A stretch of DNA of 63,983 nucleotides, counting the filler, from Pelomyxa schiedti (taxonomy: Eukaryota > Protista > Evosea), in assembly GCA_020536535.1 (NCBI GenBank). It is 4 parts of 4 records of this genome, joined end to end, with 100 filler letters (N's around TTAATTAATTAA, not from the genome) between each part and the next. Parts side by side here need not be neighbours in the genome. Positions count along the whole stretch, not along the records: positions 1 to 31,895 come from JAHLWZ010000613.1; 3 more parts are not named here. One strand, 5' to 3'. The position numbers and the translations under genes were made by a program. The number at the start of each line of letters is the position of its first letter. Position 1 is the stretch's first letter. The notes under the pieces are model-generated. The model made no database searches, was not told the origin of the DNA, and was given only the letters and a program-made list of their open reading frames with translations. Shown one piece after another: positions 12,701 through 23,466 of this stretch.

Positions 12701-13992
12701 GGGGTCCCGGGACAATCGATAGTGACCTCCTCTTGAAGTTAGTTAGATTCTTCTGTGCGAAGGGCTACCCTCCACTAATAATTCTCAACATTGGAACAAC
12801 GTTCAAGTCCGGCTATGATCCAGTTGAGGAACTTCGTATGTATTTGATGGAACTCCATTTTTTTTAAATCATGATTCAGTTCCAAAAATCCACGAAATTC
12901 TGGTCGAAACCAAGATGGAGAAACGTTTTATGTGGCCAAAGGGTGCTGCCAGAGATGACACCCATAAGGAGATCCGAGATGGGTACTGGATTCACGTTGA
13001 TGCTGCTTTAGGAGGCTCTTACGTCCCACTGCTCAAAAAAGTTCTCTTCAAGTCCTTTCATTTCCTTTGCTGATTACTTTATGCAGCGTGGTTATAACCT
13101 GCCGCAGTTCGATTTCAGTCTTCCAATGGTGCACTCGATTTCCAACTCTTCACACAAGTTCCTTGGATGCACTGTCCCGGGAGGTCTGTTCATGACCAAG
13201 GTTTATTCCCCAACACCCCCAAACAATATCTCACCGTATTCCAGACAAAATATCAAATTGTGCCTCCAAGTATCCTGCTGCGCTTATTTTCGATCTGTGA
13301 TTTTATAACTCATTCTTTCCAATTCAGGTGACCCACAGTATATCGGATCACCGGATTCTACATTTGCTGGTTCCCGTACCGCCCTCACACCGCTTCTTGT
13401 TTGGAATGCTTTGGCCTATACCCCTCAGTCCGTATTAGCCGATCGTGCTGAACACTGTGTGCACCTTGCCGACTACCTCACGGACCGTTTGCGTGAGCTA
13501 GAAAAGAGGGTATACCCCACCTCCCTTTATGTAGTTCAGCTAACTAAAACTAAAACTAAAACTAAAGCTAAAGCTAAAACTAAAACTAAAACTAAATCAC
13601 AACAGAACGCGACTCTTGAGCCACCGCGGCCGGAGCAACCTGCGGACCTGTGGATTATACACCACCCCAACGCACTGGCCGTGTGCTTCAGGGCACCACA
13701 TAAGGACACCATATTCAAGTACAGCCTTAGCGGTGAGACCCTCGAGGAGGCCGATTCCAAGACCGGAATCAAGTACAACCGCAGCTGGAACCACGTCTAC
13801 GTGATGCCCAGCGTGTCTCGCGACCTCGTGGACAACCTCATGAAGGACCTCTACGCTCATGGATTTGCCTTGGGTACATTCGCCTTTTTTCCCACACCCA
13901 AAAGTTCCCACCCTAACTCTATCTTAGACTCTGAGAAACCTGTTGAGCCTAAGGCGTGCCCTAGGCGCCACGGCACGCGTCGTGACCTCTAA
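9768..13992 (+). CDS. Bifunctional fusion: M20 acetylornithine-deacetylase-like amidohydrolase + group II PLP-dependent amino-acid decarboxylase (histidine/serine decarboxylase family)
   Basis: M20 half: GAHMDVVPA, LYGRGTTDCLGH, SDEE, NQIP, QSVYHSDNEYC. Decarboxylase half: NNVGDPF, YWGYMLTMGSTEANMYGLYNAR, FFSEDTHYSIVK, NIGTTFKSGYD, WIHVDAALGG, SSHKFLG, YIGSPDSTFAGSR. ORF 11316-11789 bridges the two halves without a stop. Confidence 0.85.
13543..13596 (+). repeat. (ACTAAA/GCTAAA)9 hexamer tandem repeat in a probable intron
   Basis: Directly visible; flanked by GTATAC... and ...CAACAG. Confidence 0.9.
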
Positions 13993-14080
13993 TCACCAGT
14001 TGTACCCAAGTTAGTAATAATGAGAAGAATAAACCAATTGGTTTTGGTCCAACCATTCGTTCATTTTCATTAAAAAAAAA

Positions 14081-16830
14081 ATGAGTTGGGGAAGTAACCA
14101 CACACAACAATCAACCACTCCAACTAAATCTACCACAACAACACTTCTTGGTGCCACGCCTCTCCTCCTGTCAGCACCGCCCTGCAACACTACCAACTCA
14201 ACAACTCCAACAGCATCAACTGCTGTAACAACAACCAACGGCCCCGGCAGCAGCGGCAGTGGTTGCAACGTCATCATCGGGAGTGGTGACACGAGCGACG
14301 GCGGAGGCGTGGTGGCGGCGGCGGCTCTGAGAGTCCACGCACAAATCAGCCAGGCGACGTACACCCCTTCGAGGTATGGGAGGGTAATTTCATCAGATGT
14401 GTGGGTCATGAGCCCCGCGGCGTATTCGCAGGCACCGGGGACCATCGCGTTCGCCGACAGGATGTCACCGGGCATGCTCCTCAACGACACTGTTTTGCTC
14501 ATCCCCAACTACAATTACGACGACCGTCGAAAGGCCGGTGAAACGGTGGGCCAGAGTTTCGGGCCGAGCGGGTCAAGTATTTCCTCGGGACAACTACTAC
14601 CACTGTTGCCTGTTGCTGCTGATGACAGTTGTGCTATCGCCGATTGTGTCGATTCCGTCCGGAAAGATGACGGCGATGATGACAGCAGACACATGGCTGC
14701 AGTTTGTGAAGTGGCGAGGCTCACAATCGAGACTGTTGGGAGCACCTTGCGTTGCATTGGGCTCGCTGCTCAGCTTGCTCTCTCTTTGTCGAGCACCTGC
14801 AGTTATCTCAGGAGGGTGTGCGATGCGGATACTCTGTGGCGTGCTTTGTTCCTGTCTCATCTGCCCGGTGGTGCTCCCACAGTGAGTTTGAGCCACCCGG
14901 AATACAGTGGGTGTGGATTGTGGAAGACTTTGTATAAAGTTTTCTGTGCCCGCATTTTGCTTAAGGACGATAGTCAGGCCTTGCAACGTATGCTCTGCTG
15001 TTGTTTTCCCTTCGTCAAGTTCCTCTGCAATGAGTTCAACAAATGGTGCGTGATTTAATCTTACGCTCTGTGACTAACAAGCAAACCATATATTAGTTCC
15101 TCCCTTTTGTCACTTTGACTGTCCTGGTCGTGTGGTGTCTCCGCGAAAATCTACCCGTCGCGCGATACTTCTCAGTGAAAGAAAACGATTCTGGGACATC
15201 ACATTTGACTACGGACCACCGGTGTGTTCCCGCCCACCTGTTGTGAGGCATTTCCGTAACACTGGGAAAAACTTGCAATGCTACCTGAATGACGCAGAAT
15301 GGATTGGTGTGTGAAACATCTTTTTTTTCCATACAAACCCTGTTTTCCAAAGATATTCATGTGGATGGAAAGACATATCACCTCCACTCCCCGCGGAAGT
15401 TCTGTGTTGATTTTTCACTGGTTTGAACTTTATTCAGTTCGTTTGCAATCACACTGAACTTTAGGTGCATCTGTCACCTGAAACCAAATTAAAAGTGGTG
15501 TGTGCACATTTGGTTCAATTTAAGACATCCATCATCCACAGTTGCATTTATTCAAACTAGACAATGAACCCCACTGTCAGACACGCGCACACAGGAGTGC
15601 CAACTCCAGTCAGAGTTGATGAGCCTCTTGAGTTCAGTTTCTTGATTGGTGTGTAGGAGCGAACACATCTTCACCTGAAAAACACAAATCAAATCAGAGC
15701 ACACGATGGATGGAAACAGTACAATGACTCAAGAGTGCAACCTGAACTTCAAAGACAAACAGTTCTCCAGAGAAGTAGTTTTACCTGAGGGCCAGCCAAT
15801 CAGGAGATCCACCATCATCAAAGTGACTGGGCCTGAAAACATTGAAATTTGCGGAGTTGGTTCCACTGTTGAGTTGACTTACCCAATCCCTGAACTGCTT
15901 TCTCCACCAGGGACATCTTTTTCCTTCAAGGTTGGTTCCAACCCACCATGTGACCACCCTCCCACAGTGGAAGTGAGAAACTGCAAATCTGGAGAAATCA
16001 TCCCTCTTGCAGGAGGCGCTTATTGTCGCTTTGTGACAAAATGGCAATACAGCAGCCGACTGAACGATTCTCTCATTGGCACAGAAGTTGAAGCATTCGC
16101 ACAGTACGGTCCTGACAAGTGTTCTCTGTTCAAGTGCATGGTTCCCTCTGTGAAAGTGGAACATATTACGATCGACAATCACCAGCAGGTTATTTTTTGT
16201 ATGCGCCTTTCCAACTGGTGTGGGTGGCATGAGATTCCCCATGGTGAGGTGGATGTTGTGCTTATGAGCAGTAGTAGCTCTGAAAAAATAAAGTTAGGGA
16301 ATGTAAGTTCTTGTCTTCACTTCTTTGTAATGCTAAGAACATCACAACAGGTACAGTGGATGCAGTTCGGTAGTTCCCTGTGGAAAGTAGCTGGTATTGT
16401 AACATCAGTACCGATTGGAGCATACTCTGTTGTCATTTCCACCAAGAAGGGTGAGATCGTTTCGCAATTCCCAGTGGATGTTGTTCCAAAAGACCCACCA
16501 CCCACTTTCGTGTGGAGCAGACCTGGAACAACATGTTGCAACAGCTGTGATCGCACCATCATCACAGGGAGCAGGTGGTCATGCAGGCCGTGTGACTATG
16601 ACCTGTGCGACATATGTCACAGAAGTGCATCTGCAATCCAGCAGCACCCACACCCCCTGATAGAGCACAGGTTCAAGACTAACATCTCTGACTACGAATG
16701 CAATGTTTGTGGCACGAGGATTGGTTCTGGTGACTACTGTATTTCAAACAGACTCCGAGATATTGACTACTGCCTGGCGTGCATTCCTGCGTCCCTTGAT
16801 GCGGCTTCATTTTGGTTGAATCACTTCTGA
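14081..16830 (+). CDS. F-box-like protein with central beta-rich domains and C-terminal ZZ-type zinc finger(s), copy A
   Basis: F-box-like RLTIETVGSTLRCI...LSSTCSYLRRVCDADTLWRALF; ZZ-type CNSCDRTIITGSRWSCRPCDYDLCDICH...HPH. Phase-consistent exons link about 15100 to 15706. The junction near 14940-15100 is not resolved. Confidence 0.7.
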
Positions 16831-16911
16831 TTTCAACAAAACAATGTTCTCTGAAAAGTTTTCTGTTTGTCAAAACTTCAAATCGTTGACCCGGGACATT
16901 CACGAAACCAA

Positions 16912-19582
16912 ATGAGTGGGGATGGAAGCAACCACACACAACAAGCAACAACCACAACGTCAACACTTCTTGGTGGTGCCACACCTCTCCTTACGCCATA
17001 CGGCTGCTTGGTGGGCGTGGCGGTGTCGCCTCTGAGGGTCCATGCACAAGTGAAGCCGGGGAGGGCCGCACCACAAGGGCGCGTAATTTCGTCGGGTGTG
17101 TGGGTCATGAGCCCCGCGGCGTATTCGCAGGCACCGGGGACCCTCGCGTTCGCCGACAGGATGTCACCGGGCATGCTCCTCAACGACACTGTTTTGCTCA
17201 TCCCCAACTACAATTACGACGACCGTCGAAAATACCTGCGGGACCAGCAGGCCAGCGAAACGGTGGTTCAGAGTTTCAGCGTGGCACCCGGCACTAGCGG
17301 GTCAAGTATTTCCTCGGGACAACTACAACTGCCTGCTGCTATCACCAATTGTGTCGATTCCGTTCGGAAAGATGACGGCGATGATGACAGCAGACACATG
17401 GCTGCAGTTGGTGAAGTGGCGAGGCTCACAATCGAGACTGTTGGGAGCACCTTGCGTTGCATTGGGCTCGCTGCTCAGCTTGCTCTCTCTTTGTCGAGCA
17501 CCTGCAGTTGTCTCAGAAGGGTGTGCGATGTGGATACTCTGTGGCGCGCTTTGTTCATGTCTCATCTGTCCGGTGGTGCTCCCACAGTGAGTTTGAGCCA
17601 CCCGGAATACAGTGGATGTGGATTGTGGAAGACTTTGTATAAAGTTTTCTGTGCCAGCATATGTACTTATAACGCCGCCATATTTATTAAGGATGCTCTC
17701 TTTGCCAGGCCTCGTAACTTCTGCTCCGCTGTTGAGCCTCCCAAAATTTTAGCTTTCCCTTTATCAAGTTCCTCTGCAATGAGTTCGACAAATGGTGTGT
17801 GGCATTAATTACTACCATATAAATTTAGATTTATATGGTATATGATGACTCTGACAAGTGGCTAAATTAGTTCCTCCCTTTTGTCACTTTGACTGTCCTG
17901 GTCGTGTGGTTGCACCACGAAAATCTACCCGTCGCGCGATACTTCTCAGTGAAAGAAAACGATTCTGGGACATCACATTTGACTACGGACCACCGGTGTG
18001 TTCCCGCCCACCTGTTGTGAGGCATTTCCGTAACACTGGGAAAAACTTGCAATGCTACCTGAATGACGCAGAATGGATTGGTTTGTCAAAAATCGCATCT
18101 TTTTTTCCATACAAACCCTGTTTTCCAAAGATATTCATGTGGATGGAAAGACATATCACCTCCACTCCCCGCGGAGGTTGTGTGTTGATTTCAAACTGGT
18201 CTGAATTTCAAGAAATTCGTTTGCAATCACACTGAACTTTAGGTGCATCTGTCACCTGAAACCAAATTAAAAGTGGTGTGTGCACATTTGGTTCAATTTA
18301 AAACACTTATTCAAACTAGACAATGAACCCCACTGTCAGGCACGCACACACAGGAGTGCCAACTCCAGTCAGAGTTGATGAGCCTCTTGAGTTCAGATTC
18401 TTGATTGGTGTGTAGGATCGAACACATTTTCACTGTTTGAAACTCAAATCAAATCAGAACACACAATGGATGGAAACAGTACAATGACTCAAGAGTGCAA
18501 CCTGAACTTCAAAGACAAACAGTTCTCCAGAGAAGTAGTTTTACCTGAGGGCCAGCCAATCAGGAGATCCACCATCATCAAAGTGACTGGGCCTGAAAAC
18601 ATTGAAATTTGCGGAGTTGGTTCCACTGTTGAGTTGACTTACCCAATCCCTGAACTGCTTTCTCCACCAGGGACATCTTTTTCCTTCGAGGTTGGTTCCA
18701 ACCCACCGTGTGACCAACCTCCCACAGTGCAAGTGCGAAACTGCAAATCTGGAGAAATCATCCCGCATGAGAGAGGACAAAATTGTCGCTTTGTGACAAA
18801 ATGGCAATACAGCACCCAACTGAATGCATCTATCATTGGCACAGAAGTTGAAGCATTCGCACAGTACGGTCCTGACAAGTGTTCTCTGTTCAAGTGCATG
18901 GTTCCCTCTGTGAAAGTGGAACATATTACGATCGACAATCACCAGCAGGTTGTCCTTTGTCTTTGCCTTACCGACTGGTGTGAGATGTATTCTAGTCCCC
19001 CTAAAGAGTTGAATGTTGTGCTTGTGAGCAGTAGCAGTAGTCCAGAAAAACCAAACATACAGAATGTAAGTTCCATTTACTTCTTGTGAAAAGCTCACAC
19101 TGTCACAACAGGTACAGTGGATGCAGTTCCGTGGTTCCCCGTGGAACTCAGCCTGTATTGTAAAATCAGTACCGATTGGCCCGTACTCTGTTGTCATTTC
19201 CACCAAGAATGGTGAGTCACAATTCCCAGTGGATGTTGTTCCAAAAGACCCACCACCCACTTTCGTGTGGAGCAGACCTGGAACAACATGTTGCAACAGT
19301 TGCGATCGCACCATCATCACAGGGAGCAGGTGGTCATGCAGGCCGTGTGACTATGACCTGTGTGACTATTGCAACACCCCCATTGCTACAGTTTTGCACC
19401 CACACCCCCTGAGAGAGCATAGGTTTAAGACTATCCTGTCGATATATCAGTGCAATGTTTGTGGCACTAGTTTTGGTTCTGGTGACTACTGTCTCTCAAA
19501 CAGGCTCCGAGATATTGACTACTGTCTGGCGTGCATTCCTGAAAATATAGATCCTGCTTCATTTTGCCTGAATCTCTTCTGA
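16912..19582 (+). CDS. F-box-like/ZZ zinc-finger protein, tandem copy B
   Basis: Near-identical blocks to copy A at an offset of about 2.76 kb (15706 vs 18466); same exon structure. Confidence 0.7.
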
Positions 19583-19843
19583 TTTCCACTAAAAACAACA
19601 CCTTACCGCCACTGGGCGAATAGAGTAGATTTCATTCATCTCTCCAAGAGAAGTAGTGTCTGGAGATGACAAAAGGGGGCAATAGACTTGAACCTGCTGA
19701 AAAACAGCGGGACAACAAAAAACAGGAAAAACCAGCAACAAAGCAAGCTCTGGAAATGGAGATGAACCAAAAAGTACAAGTTGTTGTTTTATGGCACAAG
19801 TGGGGGTGGGTTGTTGTGAGTCTGGTCGTGGTCTACAAGTGAA

Positions 19844-20482
19844 TCACAGAAGTGAGCAACCACCGCGCTTGCCACCAGGCTTTGGCCTCGGGTTCATCAC
19901 ATTGATCTGCCGGATCAGCTCCATGAATATCCTCTCGATGTTGATCTTCATCCTCGCGCTGGCCTCGAGGAATATCGCGCCGCCCCATTTTGTTGCCAGG
20001 CCCTGCGCCTCCTCGGACGTGACGACTCGCTGCTCCGTGAGATCGCACTTGTTGCCGACGAGAACGAGGGGCACCGTCGCGGCGTCCTTGACCCGGAGGA
20101 TCTGGTCGTGCATGTCCGGCAGATCGCGGAACGTGCTGATCGAGATGATGCTGTACACGAGAACGAACCCGTGGCCGTTCTTCATGTAGAGATCTCGCAT
20201 GGCTGTGAATTGCTCGGTTCCGGCCGTGTCGAGGATTTCGAGCATGCAGGCTTGGCCATCGACTTCGATTTGTTTCCTCTGAGGTGGGTTAGGAATTGTG
20301 GGATGTGGAGCGAAGGAAGTGCGTGAGCATGGAGAACGTACATAGGAGTCTTCGATTGTTGGGTCGTACTTCTCGACGAAAATGCCTTGGACGAATTGAA
20401 CAGTGATGGCTGATTTGCCGACACCACCAGATCCAAGAACAACCAGTTTGTACACGTTCTCGTTGTTTGTCTTTGCTGACAT
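19844..20482 (-). CDS. rap1: Rap1-like small GTPase with one 63-nt intron
   Basis: [40 protein letters not shown] (Rap-specific Thr61), NKCD, EASA and a C-terminal CAAX (CSLL). Confidence 0.93.
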   Translation of the reverse strand: MSAKTNNENVYKLVVLGSGGVGKSAITVQFVQGIFVEKYDPTIEDSYVRSPCSRTSFAPHPTIPNPPQRKQIEVDGQACMLEILDTAGTEQFTAMRDLYMKNGHGFVLVYSIISISTFRDLPDMHDQILRVKDAATVPLVLVGNKCDLTEQRVVTSEEAQGLATKWGGAIFLEASARMKINIERIFMELIRQINVMNPRPKPGGKRGGCSLL

Positions 20483-20747
20483 CGTGCGTTGCTTTGTTGA
20501 TTGCTTTTCGCTTGTTGTTTCTTTACTTGTTCGTTGTGATCGATTCTATTTTTTTTTCCTTTTGAAACCCTTTTTGTTGTTCTGCCACACAGAGCCCGAT
20601 TATTTGAATGCGGACTCCCACTCTGAGGGAGAGAATGGAATATGCATGTCTGGTGACATGTCAAGTGGGCAGCACCACCATGTGAAATCGTCCGGTTTCT
20701 GCTTCGGTCAGGAAAGTGGGTGAATCACGATCAAAAATCATCAGGGG

Positions 20748-22265
20748 ATGTCGTCTAGTGGGGGAGGTACGGCAGGGGTTGCGCTGGTGCGGGCGCCAAT
20801 GGCGCCCCTCCTCAAAGAAGTGTATGTAGAATCCCTGTTTCTTGTTCTCTTTATTTTTATTTGACCCGGCAACAGGCTACAAATTGTGTCGGTAGTGGGT
20901 TTCTACTTTACTGTTAGTATTTCTCTTGTATTTTTCAATAAATACGTCATGCAGGTCAATTTCTAAACTATTCCCAACGTGCACTAATTTTTACTTCCAC
21001 TCCTCAAGGCGTATCACTTTGAATTTCCGTTGGCGTTGACATGGTACCAACAAATTCTTAGTTTTGTTTGCTTGTCCCTCTGCGGTCATTTTGGCAAAAC
21101 GTCGAGTATTTAACATTTTATGCTATTTCTCATTGAAGTTCAGGTACCGGCCACTATCAATCATACCTCCTATTGAATTTAAGTACCAGATTGCCAAGCA
21201 AGTTGCGTCTCTTACGGCAATCTTTGTGGCGATGCTAGCCTTCAACAACCTTTGCCTCAAATACGTAGAGGTATGATTCTTCCTATTCAAGTTTCTACCT
21301 ACACCTTGAGCAGGTCTGGTTCTATCAGGTAACATAAATTCTCGTTGAAATCAATTTACGTTCGGAGGTTGCTCGTTCAATGACCATTGTGTTCTCTATA
21401 GCTTTCTCTTATTACTTCCTCAATGCAACAACATCGCGACCTGCAATGAAGGTTATCCCCAAATGCGGTACTTACTGTTCACCACTTTCATAGGCATGCT
21501 TCGTGGTCACAGTGGGGTTTTTAATCGGAGTACTGGGCAAAAGTGGGGGTGACAGTGGTCGCGGCACTGAGGAAGGGCAGTTCCAGATGAAGGTTTTAGG
21601 AGTAGTGTTTGGAGTTTCGTCTAGCGTGTTCGTTGCCCTCTATGGTGTCTATGTAAAGAAGAAGATGATCATCTTTAACCACAACGAATGGTACAAATTC
21701 CAATTCACGAGAATACTACTCACTTATGCAGGCATCTTATGACTTATAACACCATCTTGTCCTTGTTTTTCCTTCTCCCACTTGTCTTTATTAGTGGGGA
21801 AGTATGGGGCGTTTTAGATGCCGACGTGTGGAATACAGCTCCTTTAAGTTTCCTTGTGACCGCAACTTTCACCGGGATTCTGGGATTTTCTGTTAGCATT
21901 GCTATGTTTATGCAGATAAAGTTTACTTCTCCACTCACAAATACCATATCGGGAACAGTAAAGGTTACAACCATCATACCGCTTTGGCTTCCTTAACACC
22001 TTCCAGGCATGCCTTCAGACAATTCTATCTCTGCTACTATGGAACAGCTATGTCGGTCTAATGGTAATACTATCACCAAACCCGATTCATTTCACTAAGC
22101 ATACAACAGGGTGCGATTGGCGTTGTACTTGTCATTGGTGGATCCGGCTGGTACAGCTTGATACGGTACCAAGAAATGCAAAGAAAAAAGGAGGTACTAC
22201 CCCTACACAATGACCCACAACCAGCCACACCTCCCCAATCATCCAACAACCCCCAACCAGAGTAG
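20748..22265 (+). CDS. Nucleotide-sugar transporter, GDP-fucose transporter (SLC35C1)-like, multi-exon
   Basis: Spliced peptides SISLVFFNKY, FPLALTWYQ, MLAFNNLCLKYVEVWFYQVARSMTIVF and QIKFTSPLTNTISGTVKACLQT. Confidence 0.88.
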
Positions 22266-22406
22266 TAACCAGAACAACAAGCCAAAACCATTTTGATTGA
22301 TTTCCCAAAAAAGTACCTTCTCAAGAAACTTTCCTTTTTTTTTCCTGCACCCCAACAACCCACGAACAGCCAACCAACCCATAACTACAACACAACAACA
22401 ACAAGC

Positions 22407-23406
22407 ATGGCTGATACATCGTCGACGTCAGGAGCTGTTGTGTACTCGACGACGAGCGATTCCCCGGACGGGGTGGGGATGGACGGGAAGGACACGTCGT
22501 ACCACGGCAGCGGGGGCGGAGGAGGCGGCGCCAGTGCGTCGTCGCGGTCGGTGTCCGTGTCGGCCGGCGGCGGAAGGTGGTCGCCCGACTCGACTACCTC
22601 GGTGATCATGTCGACCGACTGGACACTCAAGGTACGGTGGAACATCTACCACCACACAGCACACATGCGATATTGACGCGACGTGATAGTGGACTGGGTG
22701 TGCGTGTGAGTGCGCGATTGTAGTAGTTGTCAGCCCCAGTGTGGGTAATTAGCAGTAGTATTATTATTCGTTGCTATGCTGGTGTGAGTGTGTGTGTTGC
22801 TGTGATAATGTGATATATAATCTGACACACACGCACCTCACTGCGCGCAGGTGCAAACGTGGATACTTGTTGGAGTTATTGGACTGACGGTTCTGACTAC
22901 GGGACTCTACTTTGGAATGCTGCCGTCGGGGTCGGCTTCTGGCGTCGCCTGGGCATTCTTTATATTCGCGGCAATCGATTGCATCCTGGGGTCAATCATA
23001 TCCGTATGCCCATTGTGAATGACTTGTTCCTTACATTCATTATTCAGGCTGTGGCCCTGTCAAATACTATCTTATGGGCAATAGTTGGTGCAAACCAAGT
23101 TCCTCCATCAAGTTGCATTCCTCACTTCTTTTCGAAACTATAATATATTTCCGGACACTAACTCTTAAATAGCTTTTACCAGTACAACTATTATCTCTTG
23201 TGTTATCGTTATCCTCTCCATACTATTCATTGTCTTCTCAGGTTGGCAGTACAATTTTCTTCAATGTTTTTAACAAAAACCCAGTGATTCTTCCCGTAGT
23301 GGCACTGTTGATGTCACCTTTTGAACTTGTACTTACACTCATAGTTCGCTCCAAACTTCGCCTCCTCAAACCCGATGAGGAACACCTCATAACCGGTGTT
23401 CTATAA
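22407..23406 (+). CDS. Hypothetical multi-pass membrane protein
   Basis: ATG after an A/C-rich leader, a Ser/Gly-rich N-terminus, hydrophobic exon fragments with GT-AG boundaries and a stop at 23404-23406. No family recognised. Confidence 0.5.
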
Positions 23407-23466
23407 CAGACACTAATACAATAGCTAAACATTACCAAATTTTCAAAAAGAAACTGTTCTACATTT

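Noticed and set aside
13543-13596. TKTKAK basic insertion in the decarboxylase, or a telomere-like repeat
   Set aside because: Lies within a GT...CAG-bounded segment that is most likely an intron; an ordinary microsatellite.
15706-16830. Standalone ZZ gene starting at 15706 (and 18466)
   Set aside because: A phase-compatible acceptor (atcag|AG CAC ACG ATG) and upstream exons indicate it is the 3' part of the F-box gene.
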